Position numbers and translations under genes: made by a program
The notes under the pieces: generated by a model
The model's input: the letters and a program-made list of their open reading frames with translations, nothing else
Databases searched by the model: none
What the model was told of the DNA's origin: nothing
In this document: piece after piece, positions 9,738 to 20,894 of the stretch
Layout of the letters: every line of letters begins with the position of its first letter
Position numbering within the stretch: position 1 is the stretch's first letter
From: Spirochaetia bacterium
GTDB lineage: Bacteria > Spirochaetota > Spirochaetia > SZUA-6 > Bin103
Direction of reading: 5' to 3'
Length of the DNA stretch: 64,000 nucleotides
NCBI GenBank assembly: GCA_965208575.1
Contig: CBDBOV010000002.1
Location: 288,001-352,000 of the forward strand

Positions 9738-12700
9738 GTGCCAGATCTGGTTAGACCGAGTCGCGACGGGGACCAGTTTCACTATCTCTGGGCCGCCCGA
9801 CGTTGCTTGCGTCTGCTTTCCTCGCAGGAAGACCTCGTTGGAATCGCTATAGAGGGGTCTTCTCCGCATGAGCTACCACCCGAATCAGCGAAACTAGCCG
9901 GAGAAGAAGCAATTGATGTCGTCGAGTACTATGGCGCGGAAGACCTGCGTAGAGCGCGTCTCGTACGATACATTCAACTTAAGCACTCTACGCGTCACTC
10001 CGCCAAGCCCTGGACGGCAAGCGGTCTGAAGAAGACCTTGAATCGCTTCTCAGTGCGGTACCAAGAGCTCCTACAGGCCCTTGACGTCGATGATGTGGAA
10101 AGCAGGTTCGAGTTCTGGTTCGTCACCAACCGTCCTATCAGTACTACATTCTTGGAAGCGGTACGCGACGTGGCTCAGGAGTTGGTACCTTGTAGTGCCG
10201 CCGAACTACAGAAGCTGGAACGTACTACGGGCCTTGAAGGAACGCAACTCACGCAGTTTTGTCGCCTTCTACGTTTCGAGGATCGGCAAGACGACTATTG
10301 GGATCAGCGGAATATCCTATTTCAGGACGTTGCCGGTTACCTGCCAGACCTCGATGCGGATGCGCCAGTTCAACTAAAAGAGCTCGTGACACGCAGGGCA
10401 CTCTCGGAGTCCGAACACAATCCGGTCATCACTAAGTTGGATGTTTTGCGGGCGCTGAACACCGACGAGGGTCGTCTCTATCCAGCGCCATGCTTGATCA
10501 AGGCTATCGACAACACCGTCTATCGCGGACAGGAAGCCGGCCTTGTACGGTCGATAGTCGAGGCGGGCGGACGACCGGTTATAATACACGCGGTCAGCGG
10601 CGTCGGTAAATCGGTGCTTTCCGCGCGTATCGGGCAGAGGTTGCCACCAGGATCAGAGTCGATACTCTACGACTGCTTTGGCAACGGTCAGTACCGTAGT
10701 GCCACCGGATTGCGTCACCGTCATCGAGAGGCACTTGTTCAGATTGCCAACGAACTCGCGGCACGCGGGTACTGCCACCCGCTGCTCCCTTCGCTCCACG
10801 CCGACCCATCCGCATACCTTCGGGCGTTCGCTCACCGGATTCAACAAGCTGCGGCGGTCATTCGGACCGCCGGTCCACAGGCACTCCTCTGCATTGTGAT
10901 CGATGCTGCTGACAACGCACAGATGGCTGCCGAAGCGATTGGGGAGTCATCTTCGTTCGTACGTGATCTGCTTCGGGAGCCACTGCCAGACAGGGTTCGC
11001 CTCGTAGTTCTGTGCCGCAGCCATAGGAAGAGTATCCTTGATCCACCTCGGGACGCTCTACGACTCAGGTTAGAGCCGTTCACTGAATCCGAGACTGCGG
11101 AACATCTCCGTCAGGTCTACCCTGCTGCCTTCGACCGTGACGTAGCGGAATTTCACCGTCTCAGTTCGCAGAACCCGCGTGTTCAGGCCCTTGCGCTTTC
11201 CGCCAGAGTGTCGTTGGCACAGACCCTTCGGCGCCTTGGTCCTAATCCGACAACGGTAGAAGACTCAATCGAGAGTATGCTAAGCGACGCCATCGCGACA
11301 CTTCGGGATGGCATAAGCCAGATTGACCGAGAGGACATCGATAAGGTGTGTGCGGCTCTGGCAGCGTTACGTCCCCTCGTTCCGATCTCGATTCTGTCGA
11401 GTATATCAGGGATTTCAGAGGACTCGATCCGGAGTTTAGTTCTGGATATTGGCCGGCCACTGCTTCTCTTGAACGATAGTGTGCAGTTTCTCGACGAGCC
11501 GGTCGAAACGTGGTTCCGGGAGATCTTCAAGCCGAAGAAAGACGAGCTGGACCAGTTTATACGCGATCTGACGCCACTCGCGGGAGCGAGTGCGTATGTC
11601 GCATCGACGCTGCCTCAACTCATGCTGGAGGCTGGTCAGCTCTCTCAATTGGTGGACTGGGCACTACATTCGACTGCACTTCCGGAAACGACCGAACTCG
11701 AGAAGTACGACGTCGAGGTACAGCGTCTTCAGTTCGCATTGAAGGCGAGTCTACGTGAGGCCCGATACCTTGATGCCACGAAACTGGCGCTAAAGGCGGG
11801 AAGCGTAGCCGCTGGAGATGACCGGCAGCGAGCACTGATTCAGGCGCATACAGACCTTGCTGCCCGGTTTCTCGGTCCCAAGAGGATTCAGGAGCTCGTG
11901 TCCCGGCGCACCTTTGGATCAGACTGGAGAGGCTCACACCATGCCTATGAAGCCGGCCTGTTGTCCGGTTGTGACGTACTGATCAGTGATGCGCGCAGTC
12001 GCCTTAGGATGGCGTACGAGTGGCTCGGGAATTGGACCCGATTGACGCCCAAAGAGCGAGAGGAAGAGAGGGTTGAACTCGCGGACGTTGCTGAGCTGAC
12101 GATGGCGGAGCTTAACATTCATGGGCCGAGGGCCGCTATAGACAGCCTGAGGAGTTGGAGACCGCGAGAGATGACGTTCCGTGCCGCCCAGATGGTCGCA
12201 GAGCGACTCATAGACCACGGACGCATCGCCGACCTGAACGATCTTGCCGAGGAAACAGGAGATGATCTCTGCCTTACGATAGCGATCATCGCTGAGCTTC
12301 GCAGGATTCAGTACACACCACCGGAGCCGATTGTTAACCGCGCCTTCAAGTGGGTCTCAAGTCTGTCTGGAGAGTCGAGGTTGGAAGCCATCCAGTTGGG
12401 AGAAGTGTTGGACGTGGTGGAGGCGGCACTACGCCTCGGCGTATGCTCGCACAAAGAAGCCGCAGCATTGCTTGTGCAGCATCTACCGATGGCGCCGCCG
12501 AGAGGCTTAGCGTCTCGACCTTCGCGTGACTATACTCTGTTGCGCGTGTACTGTCTGCAAGCTGCAGCAGAGAGTCGGACACTACGCATGAGTGATCTAG
12601 CTCATCCGAAGCTGAGACCTGAGCTTGAAAAGAAGTCAGAGTACCATCTGTCGCAAGAGGCACGAGAGTTCAAGGAGGACGTCGGCGGACTGTTGCCTTG

Positions 12701-15700
12701 GTATAGAGTCTGGAACGACGCGCTGCTCGGCAAGGTGACCAAGGACACGTTGTCGGATCGATTGAGTCAGGCTCGACGTGCTTCAGTAGCAGCCAGAACG
12801 CCATTCCATGACAGACTTCCAATAGCGGATGAGATCGCAATTGTCTGGTTTGAGATCTTGCACCATTTAGATGCTACAGAACCACGATTTGTCGATGATT
12901 TGGCTTCTTGGATCGGGAACTTGACGATGCCTCTGTACACCCGGACTCTCACGAGGCTCGCACGGCAAGCGTCCTGGAAGGAAGAAACGAGATCATTCTC
13001 GCTTGATTTGGCGGAACAGGCGTTCACGCTGACGCGAGACGAGCGGATTGATGCGGAGACGAAGTCGAGCACGTACATCGATATCGCACGTTCGGTGCTT
13101 TATTTTAGTGAGCACGAGGCGAAGGGGTATTTTGATGAGGCAGTGGCGGTTGCCGGCAAGCTGGGCGAGGAGTTTCTGTGGCGCTGGGGAGCGATGCTAG
13201 ATCTCGCGGATCGGGCGGGTGAACGGGACCGGTCGGCTCCTGAGGTTGCGTATCAGTTTGCTCGATGCGGAGAGCTTACCTGGGACTACGTCGTACGAGA
13301 CAAACACTTCGACTGGCGTTCCACCGTGGTGGCGTTGTCCTCACTTTGCCCGCGTTCATGCTTAGCTATTCTCAGTCGCTGGCGAGATCGTGGCTTTGGG
13401 TCGACGATGAGAACTCTTCCGGTCGCCGTGCAATCGATGGTCGAGCGTAGCTACATTGATCCGCGGGACGCACTTGGGCTGATTGGAGTCAAGGCTGAGT
13501 GGGATCATCCATGGCTGTTGAGCAGTGCCCTCGAGAAGTGTACGAGTCGGAGAGAGAAGCAAGCCGCGGTCTCCTTTCTTCTTCGACATCTGGAGGAAGT
13601 GGAGCGGGATTCTTCGGTTTGGGACGCCTTGAAGAGAGTCACGGCTAAGCATGGCCTTTCTGTTCCGACGATAGACAACTCTCGCGCTCTTTCCGCGCGA
13701 CACGACAGTGCGACCAGGGTACGTTCGACAGGGAACGCGAAGGAATCGAGAAAAGACGGCCCGGCAAAGCGTCAATGGGACGACTTCTTCTCAGAGATTG
13801 ATCTCACAACGGTGGATGGGATTTCTCGGTCACATACAGCGTTCAGTGACTCGTGCGGAGCATCGGGTCGAGAAGAGTTCTTCTCCGAAGCAATTCGTCG
13901 CGTTCCAGCTGGTGGCGAAGCGAAGTTTATTTTGAGTATTGGGAGTACCACGGCGTTGGGATTCTACGACATACGCACTTTCTTGGAGAGAATTCCCGAC
14001 CGGTGGAAGAGACGACCAGCCATCAGGCACGCACTGTCGGTAACTCTCAAGAACTATTGTCGCCGGTACTGCATGGATATCGACAGGAACCGATACTACG
14101 AGGTTCTCCCATTTGACTTGGCCTGCGAACTCACCGGACTCAGTGAAGGCGACATTGTGGAGATAGTGCTCGACGCCATAAGCGAGTCACCGGCCCTTGT
14201 GGACTCACAGCGTCTTTTCTCCACGGTCGGGTTACTCAAGTCGGCGATCGATTCTGGTGAGGCACTTGAAGCGCTGACATTCGGTCTAAGTCTCTACGAT
14301 GAGGCGCTGGAGGACAGGGACGGCGATGGCCCATGGTCACAGAATCTGTCGCCTCCGGCCTCAATAGGCGAGTCGATCGCTGGCTATGTCTATTCTGCGC
14401 TGGGCGCACCGACTGCTGTGGTTCGTTGGCAGGCGGCGCATGTCGTTCTTGGGCTTTGCGCACTTGGAAGGAGGGTAGTCCTCCGACACCTCGTGAACCT
14501 TGAGGAACGTGACTCTGCAGGACCCTTCGCCGACGCCCGGCTACCCTTCTATCGACTTCACGCTCGGCAATGGCTCCTTATCGCTTTCGCGAGGGCGGCG
14601 GCTGAGTTTCCCGACTCCATTGCACCGTTCGCCCATCGTCTCGTTGAAATAGCACTCGACAGTCAACCGCATGTCGTCATCAGAATGTTCGCGGCACGGG
14701 CTACCCTGGCGCTCATCGAGAACGGAGTGTTGCCCGATAGCGACTTGATAGAACGCCTGTCGCGCGTGAATAACAGCACACTTCCCGCTGTGAAGTCCAC
14801 GTCTTACGAGCGCGCTCAGCACCAATCCAAGGACCCTGTTGCAGTGAGAGACGAAGATAGGTTCTACTTCGGTCTTGACATCGGTCGCTATTGGTACGAG
14901 CCCTTGGGCAGTGTGTTCGCGCTGTCGCAGAGCGACATTGAGAGGGAGGCGCTTCGAGTCATCCGAGGTGAGCTGAACTATAGTGCCACTAGTCCACAGA
15001 AGGAGGATCCACGGGCACGCCGTCGGATCTATGATCATCGAGATACCTACGCATCGCACGGTTCCTATCCGGACACGGACGACCTCCAGTTCTATCTCTC
15101 CTATCACGCAATGATGATTGTGGCAGGAAGGCTCCTTGCTCGCACACCGACCCACCGCGAGGCGGATGACCACGACGAGTTTGCCGACTGGCTGTCATGG
15201 CATGATTTGACACGGAAAGATGGCCGTTGGCTTGCTGACCGCCGCGATCCTGTACCTTTGGGACCACCTGCATGGTGCGAGCGCGAGAAGACCGACCCAA
15301 AGTATGGAGTCATAACGTCGACAGACTTCGAGCAAGCGCTGGTAGAAGGGGATCACATCACGGTTTGGGGGTACTGGTCTGCGGTAGACTCGACGCGCGT
15401 ACAAAGGGCTCACGTCTGGAGTGCCCTGGTGTCTGCTGACAAGTCGATGGCTTTACTGAGGGCGCTGAGTACGGCCAAAGATAACCGTGCCTACGTGATT
15501 CCAAGTGCCGGCGGTACACATCAAATTGACCGTCACGGTTTTCTCTTGAAAGGATGGATTGAAGATCGCGATCCTCAGAGCGGACTCGATGAGAAGGACA
15601 TATGGTCTGGCGGCGTAAGTTTTCCACCTCGCACCCCAGCGAAGGAGATAGCCGACCTGATGTCCCTCGAGACCGACTCCGACAAGCGAATCTGGTATGA

Positions 15701-15977
15701 TGAAGTGAGTCGTCCGGTGATGCTCTCTCAGCTTTGGGGCCAGCTACAAGTAGGCAACGAGAACTACGACTTCGATCATGGCCAGAGGCTCCAGGCATCA
15801 CGCGGCTTCATCGATACGATGCTGAGGAAGCTTGGTCAAGATCTGATCGTCGAAGTCCGAATAGAACGAAGGGGGCGTCGTTGGAGCTACGAATCCCGAG
15901 AGGACGATAATGAACGAATCTCAGAAACGACCAAACTCTATGTGTTTGAGAGCGGCGGAAGAGTCACCACGCTTTGA
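9738..15977 (+). CDS. avs3a: AVAST type 3 STAND NTPase/nuclease Avs3a
   Basis: N-terminus LVRPSRDGDQFHYLWAARRCLRLL..EYYG..YIQLKHST (PD-(D/E)xK-type nuclease), Walker A AVSGVGKS, Walker B IVIDAADNAQMAA, ~2080 aa; closely matches the recalled Salmonella Avs3 sequence. GTG 9738 follows GAGG and is preferred over ATG 9684. Confidence 0.92.
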   Translation: MPDLVRPSRDGDQFHYLWAARRCLRLLSSQEDLVGIAIEGSSPHELPPESAKLAGEEAIDVVEYYGAEDLRRARLVRYIQLKHSTRHSAKPWTASGLKKTLNRFSVRYQELLQALDVDDVESRFEFWFVTNRPISTTFLEAVRDVAQELVPCSAAELQKLERTTGLEGTQLTQFCRLLRFEDRQDDYWDQRNILFQDVAGYLPDLDADAPVQLKELVTRRALSESEHNPVITKLDVLRALNTDEGRLYPAPCLIKAIDNTVYRGQEAGLVRSIVEAGGRPVIIHAVSGVGKSVLSARIGQRLPPGSESILYDCFGNGQYRSATGLRHRHREALVQIANELAARGYCHPLLPSLHADPSAYLRAFAHRIQQAAAVIRTAGPQALLCIVIDAADNAQMAAEAIGESSSFVRDLLREPLPDRVRLVVLCRSHRKSILDPPRDALRLRLEPFTESETAEHLRQVYPAAFDRDVAEFHRLSSQNPRVQALALSARVSLAQTLRRLGPNPTTVEDSIESMLSDAIATLRDGISQIDREDIDKVCAALAALRPLVPISILSSISGISEDSIRSLVLDIGRPLLLLNDSVQFLDEPVETWFREIFKPKKDELDQFIRDLTPLAGASAYVASTLPQLMLEAGQLSQLVDWALHSTALPETTELEKYDVEVQRLQFALKASLREARYLDATKLALKAGSVAAGDDRQRALIQAHTDLAARFLGPKRIQELVSRRTFGSDWRGSHHAYEAGLLSGCDVLISDARSRLRMAYEWLGNWTRLTPKEREEERVELADVAELTMAELNIHGPRAAIDSLRSWRPREMTFRAAQMVAERLIDHGRIADLNDLAEETGDDLCLTIAIIAELRRIQYTPPEPIVNRAFKWVSSLSGESRLEAIQLGEVLDVVEAALRLGVCSHKEAAALLVQHLPMAPPRGLASRPSRDYTLLRVYCLQAAAESRTLRMSDLAHPKLRPELEKKSEYHLSQEAREFKEDVGGLLPWYRVWNDALLGKVTKDTLSDRLSQARRASVAARTPFHDRLPIADEIAIVWFEILHHLDATEPRFVDDLASWIGNLTMPLYTRTLTRLARQASWKEETRSFSLDLAEQAFTLTRDERIDAETKSSTYIDIARSVLYFSEHEAKGYFDEAVAVAGKLGEEFLWRWGAMLDLADRAGERDRSAPEVAYQFARCGELTWDYVVRDKHFDWRSTVVALSSLCPRSCLAILSRWRDRGFGSTMRTLPVAVQSMVERSYIDPRDALGLIGVKAEWDHPWLLSSALEKCTSRREKQAAVSFLLRHLEEVERDSSVWDALKRVTAKHGLSVPTIDNSRALSARHDSATRVRSTGNAKESRKDGPAKRQWDDFFSEIDLTTVDGISRSHTAFSDSCGASGREEFFSEAIRRVPAGGEAKFILSIGSTTALGFYDIRTFLERIPDRWKRRPAIRHALSVTLKNYCRRYCMDIDRNRYYEVLPFDLACELTGLSEGDIVEIVLDAISESPALVDSQRLFSTVGLLKSAIDSGEALEALTFGLSLYDEALEDRDGDGPWSQNLSPPASIGESIAGYVYSALGAPTAVVRWQAAHVVLGLCALGRRVVLRHLVNLEERDSAGPFADARLPFYRLHARQWLLIAFARAAAEFPDSIAPFAHRLVEIALDSQPHVVIRMFAARATLALIENGVLPDSDLIERLSRVNNSTLPAVKSTSYERAQHQSKDPVAVRDEDRFYFGLDIGRYWYEPLGSVFALSQSDIEREALRVIRGELNYSATSPQKEDPRARRRIYDHRDTYASHGSYPDTDDLQFYLSYHAMMIVAGRLLARTPTHREADDHDEFADWLSWHDLTRKDGRWLADRRDPVPLGPPAWCEREKTDPKYGVITSTDFEQALVEGDHITVWGYWSAVDSTRVQRAHVWSALVSADKSMALLRALSTAKDNRAYVIPSAGGTHQIDRHGFLLKGWIEDRDPQSGLDEKDIWSGGVSFPPRTPAKEIADLMSLETDSDKRIWYDEVSRPVMLSQLWGQLQVGNENYDFDHGQRLQASRGFIDTMLRKLGQDLIVEVRIERRGRRWSYESREDDNERISETTKLYVFESGGRVTTL

Positions 15978-16626
15978 CCAAGTACTGGCGTTAGGCCGCA
16001 AACTGGTCGATGAACTTGACTTGGAGTCGTCAACGGACACACTTGGCCGCTGGATGGCACATTATATCGCCGACCTCATGGATCACGTTGACAGTGCGCC
16101 AATCGAAGAACGTGCCGCATCAAAGAAGAGATGTTTCGAAGCGATTCTGGAACTATGGAGTCATCGAGCTGAGTTGCCGAATGGCAAACGTCCGTTCGAG
16201 GATCTGGAGCCGATCATGAGAGCGATCGAGAGCCTGGATCCGGAGAACGACGCGTTCCGGTACTTTCCTTTTGAAATAAGTGCGGCTGACGAAGCCGAAG
16301 AGGATTCACGAACACAGACACTGATACAGGTCGCTCGCAATATCGATTACACTGCGAGAATCCTGATTGTACAAACATTAGTAGATGCCGCTATTTCTGC
16401 TGAAAATCAGTCGAAAAAGTGGATCACACTGGCTCAGAAAGCTGGGTTCGAAATAGGGGCAGAGGACATTGTTATCCGTCTTACATCTACTGAAACGGAT
16501 GTCGATACAAACTCCGATCCAAACGCACACGAGCGGGATCGTGTAAAGAAACGTATCGATCGTCTTGAGGCGTTCATAGAAATGGCGAAGCTGGTAGTCG
16601 AAGAGCTAGAAGAGAAACTGAAGTAG
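15910..16626 (+). CDS. avs3b: AVAST type 3 accessory protein Avs3b
   Basis: Overlaps the avs3a end; LGRKLVDELDL..DTLGRWMAHYIADL..ILELW motif typical of the Avs3 partner. Confidence 0.8.
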   Translation: MNESQKRPNSMCLRAAEESPRFDQVLALGRKLVDELDLESSTDTLGRWMAHYIADLMDHVDSAPIEERAASKKRCFEAILELWSHRAELPNGKRPFEDLEPIMRAIESLDPENDAFRYFPFEISAADEAEEDSRTQTLIQVARNIDYTARILIVQTLVDAAISAENQSKKWITLAQKAGFEIGAEDIVIRLTSTETDVDTNSDPNAHERDRVKKRIDRLEAFIEMAKLVVEELEEKLK

Positions 16627-16911
16627 GTTGGTCGAACTCGCCAAAGCCGCGATCCACATCAGATATCGAGTCGGCTCGATGCGACCGCTTAGGATGGGAT
16701 TGTTGATGCTTTGTAGGCATGCGGCCATGGTTGTCCCTCACGTTTGGATCTTGCAAAGCCAAGTGAAGTCGCGGTGTTGGCGAGTGCGCGAAACGCCGTC
16801 ACGGCCCGTGCATGTGGTGAGGAGGGCAAGGTCGTCTGATGTGGGTGTTGATCCGCGCCGCCCCAGTTGGTGCGTATGTGCGAACTCGGCGTGCGCATTC
16901 CGCCCTCGGTG

Positions 16912-18544
16912 TCAACACACTGCATCTGCTTTGGGCGTCGACGCCGTGCCGTAGGGGCGGTCGAGGGAGTCGTTGCGATAGTGGCTGCCGAGGCTGTGCG
17001 GGTTGCGCAGCGCGGCATAGGTCACCAGCAGCGCGGTCTGCACGGCGTTGCGCAGGGTGAGCAGGCGCGGGGTGAGGCGGTTATCGGCATAGAAGCTGTC
17101 GACCTCGTTCTTCAGCTCGCGCAGCAGGTTGGTGGCGCGGTCCAGCCGCTTGCCGGTGCGCACCAGCCCCACGTAGTTCCACATGGTGTTGCGGATCAGG
17201 CTGAGGTCCTGGGTGACCAGCTCGTCGTCGGGCTCGGCGCCGGGCATTTCCCAAGGCCGCACCTCGGGCAGGTGGAAGTCGGTCCCGTCGGCGATCTCGG
17301 CCGCGTGCTGCCGCGCGGCCCGGGCGCCCATCACCACGCATTCCAGCAGCGAGGTGCTGGCCAGCCGGTTGGCGCCGTGCAGCCCGGTGCAGGCGGTCTC
17401 GCCGATGGCCTGAGGTGGGCGATGTTGGTGTTGCCGGCCATGTCGGTGTGGATGCCGCCGCAGGCGTAGTGGGCCGCGGGCACCACCGGGATCGGCTCCC
17501 GCGTCATGTCCACCCCGGCGGCCAGCAGGCGCTCGTTGATGGTGGGAAAGCGACCGCGCGCGTACTCCGCATCCACCTTCGACAGGTCGATGTAGACCGA
17601 GTGGCTGGCGCGGCGCAGCAGCTCGGTGTGGATCGAGCGCGCGATCACGTCGCGCGGCGCCAGCGATCCCTGCGGGTGGTAGCGCTCCATGAACGCCGTG
17701 CCCTCGTGGTTGATCAGCACCCCGCCCTCGCCGCGCACCGCCTCCGACACCAGGAACGGGCGCTCTCCCGGGCGGTGGAACACGGTGGGATGGAACTGCA
17801 CGTACTCCAGGTCGATCACCCGCGCGCCCACGCGGTAGGCCATGGCGATGCCGTGGCCGAAGGCGCCGCCGTCGTTGGTGCTGTGCAGGTAGATCTGGCC
17901 GAGCCCGCCGGTGGCCAGCACCGTCTTCCCGGCTACGATGGCGCGTACCTGCCCCCGCGCCACGTCCAGCACGTAGGCGCCGATGCAACTCAAGGGCCGG
18001 TAGCGGTCGAGGAAGTCCACCGAGCTGTGCGAGAGGGTGAGCAGATCCACCGCGAAGGCCCCGGTGGCCAGCGTCAGACTGCCGCCGCCGGGCAGCGCGC
18101 CGGCGGCCGCCAGCTCGGTCAGGCGGGCGTGCAGGGCGCCGAGGATGGCGCGGCCGGTATGGTCCTTGGCGTAGATGATGCGGTGGCGCGAGTGGACCCC
18201 TCGCGGGTGAACCGGAGCTCACCGTCGCCATCGCGGTCGAAGGCGACCTGAAGGTCGTCGATCAGCAGCTCGCGCACCACGCGCGGGCCATCTTCGATCA
18301 CGGCGTCCACCGCCGCCGGATTGGCCGAGTGGGCGCTGGCGGCGTCGATGTCGGCGCGCAGCAGGTCGCCGTCCACCTCGTCGAAGATGATGCCCCCCTG
18401 CGCCCACACGCTGTTGCTGGCCTGCAACTCCTCGGCGCCGGTGATCAGGGTGACCTGGAGGCCCGCGCGCGCCGCCTGCAGCGCGTAGACCGCGCCCGCA
18501 AGGCCGGCACCGATCACCAGGCAGTCGGCGCGGGTGGTGGTCAC
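16912..18544 (-). pseudogene. nadB: L-aspartate oxidase, second copy, two single-base deletions (~18194 and ~17410)
   Basis: GAGLAG, SNSVWAQGGI, VQFHPT, AHYACGG, GLHGANRLASTSLLE spread over three frames. Confidence 0.9.
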
Positions 18545-19380
18545 CGGCGGCCCAGGAAGTCGAGCCCGAGATCGGGCCGGCGCGCCGCGGCGGTGATGGC
18601 GCTGGTGGAGATCACCTGGGCCCCGGCGGCGGCGTAGTCGGCGATCGTTTCCAGGGTCACGCCGCCAGACACCTCGACAATCGCCCGCCCCGCCACCGTG
18701 GCGACCGCCTCCCACACCGTCGCCGGGCTCATGTTGTCGAGCAGGATGACGTCGGCGCCCGCCGCCACCGCCTACTGGACCTGAGTCAGGGTGTCGGTCT
18801 CCACCTCGATGCGCGCGACGTGGGGTGCCCGCGCCCGCGCCTGGCGCACCGCGGCGGTAATGCCGCCCGCCACCGCGATGTGGTTGTCCTTGATCAGCAC
18901 GCAGTCGGCCAGCGAGGCGCGGTGGTTGCTCCCGCCGCCGCAGCGCACCGCGTACTTCTCCAGCTCGCGCAGCCCGGGCGTGGTCTTGCGCGTCTCGCAC
19001 ACCACCGCCGCCGTACCGCGCAGCCGTTCCACGTAGCTGCGGGTGGCGGTGGCGATACCCGACAGGTGCTGCAGCAGGTTGAGCGCGGTGCGCTCGGCGG
19101 CCAGGATCGGCTGCGCCTGGCCGGCCACGTACAGCACCCGCTGCCCCGCCTCCACGGCGGCGCCGTCGGCCAGCGCCAGCTCCACGTCGAGGTCGGGATC
19201 GAGGCGCCAGAACACGTGCGCCGCCACCTCACCGCCGCTCACCACCAGCGGCTCGCGCGCCACCACCGCCGCCCGGCACTCGGCCCGTTCGGGTATGACC
19301 GCGGAGCCGGTCACGTCGCCCAGCCCCAGGTCCTCCTCCAGGGCGGCTTCGATGACGCGCCGCGCAGAGAATGGAATCAC
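18541..19380 (-). pseudogene. nadC: Quinolinate phosphoribosyltransferase, second copy, in-frame TAG at 18772-18774
   Basis: TRKTTPGLR, IKDNH, then QVQ*AVAAGADVILLDNM (intact copy has QVREAAAAGAD). Confidence 0.9.
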
Positions 19381-19396
19381 CTTTCCGCGTTCCTCT

Positions 19397-20197
19397 TCAG
19401 TCGGTGAGCTCGAACATGCGCTCGATGCAGCGCAGCGCCGCCACCCGCACCGTCTCGTCCAGCTCGATGATCTGGTGCGGCTGCGGAGCGACCAGCACGT
19501 CGCGGATTTTCCTGAGGCTGTTCAACTTCATATAGGGGCACAAGCGGCAGGAGCCGATGAACTGCTTGCCCGGATTCTCAACCTCGACTCGGCTCACCAG
19601 CCCGCACTCGGTGAGCAGCATGAAGTAGGTGGCGTCGGTGGCGCGCACGTACTCCATCATCTTGCCGGTGCTGCCCACGAAGTCGCTGGCGGCGGTGACG
19701 TCGGTGGGACACTCGGGGTGGCTCACCACCTTGACCCCGGGGTACCGGGCACGAGCCTGCTCGATTGCCTCCACCGTGAACTGGTCGTGCACCAGGCAGG
19801 TGCCGTCGGAGCTGTGGATCACCTTGTCGCTACCGCGCGCCGCCATCTCGCGGCTGATGTTGGCCGCCATCAGGCGGTCGGGCACGAACAGGATCTCGCG
19901 CTGCGGCAGGCGCTCGATGATCGGGTAGACGTTGCCGGAGGTGACGCACACGTCGCTGGCCGCTTTCACCTCGGCGGAGCTGTTGATGTAGCACACCACC
20001 GCCGCCTCCGGGTGGCGCGCCTTCAACTCGCGCAGCTCGGCGCCGGTGAGGGAGTCGGCCAGGGAGCAGCCGGAGGCGATGTCGGGCACCACCACCAGCG
20101 CGTCGGGGCACAGGATCTTGGCGGTCTCGGCCATGAACACCACGCCCGCGAACACGATCACGTCGGCGGCGGAGTTTCGCGCTTCCAGGCTCAGCGC
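19397..20197 (-). pseudogene. nadA: Quinolinate synthase, second copy, lacking ~75 N-terminal codons
   Basis: Homology to 35581..36603 stops at ALSLEARNS; the ILAHSY motif is missing. Confidence 0.88.
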
Positions 20198-20621
20198 CGC
20201 GGCGGTTCCTGACATAGGCGTCCCAATCGCGCTGTACCGCGTGGGCGCGAGCGAGGTGGACCTGGGCCGGTCTGGCGATTCCAGGGGCCAGCGCCCCCGC
20301 GGTGCGGATCACCATTTCCGACGTCCTCCTGCGCCCCTGGCGTGGTATGGTGTCGCCGGATGATGAACTGTCGTGTCTTCGCCATCCGGGCACTCACAAG
20401 CGGCTTCTTAATGGCAGAATCCCCCGCGTCAGTCGACTCAAGCGTGCCACTGGTCGGAATCAACACCGGAGACGAGAGTGAAGTAGTCCACGGTTGCCGC
20501 GCTACTGGCATTGCAATCCGCGGATCCAGGCATTGGCTCGACCACTTCAAGGGGGTATACGTGTCGACCGGGATGGTGCCCGATCTGCCGGAAGTAGCAT
20601 GCGACGAACCGCCTGCCAAAA

Positions 20622-20649
20622 TTGTGGAACGCTCCTTGTGGAACGCTCC
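20622..20649. repeat. 14-bp tandem duplication TTGTGGAACGCTCC x2
   Basis: Read directly from the sequence. Confidence 0.85.
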
Positions 20650-20894
20650 ATAGGGTGGAGTCCGGTGAGCCGCTACCGCCCTTACCACATCCTGTTTTCG
20701 GTCAGAGTCAACACCGAAGGGATCGGACGCATTGACGTCGGCGGTGCGGGTGGCGGACTGACTTGGCGGGACTTGACCTCAGTGGTGCCACCATAGAGTG
20801 GAGACCCGGCGGAGAGGTAGATGATGACGCCGATCTCACCTGCATCGCCGATTGACGCGGGCTATGGAAACGGAGAGATTGAGTAGGTTCCCTC

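Noticed and set aside
7877-15977. RT next to Avs3 as a defence-associated RT, retron or DGR
   Set aside because: The RT has a maturase domain and is flanked by group II intron domains V/VI; it interrupts a nadB relic, so the adjacency is incidental.
16912-20197. Extra nad genes as an NAD-replenishing partner of the defence systems
   Set aside because: All three genes in the extra copy are broken and no TIR/SIR2 NADase is visible in the window.
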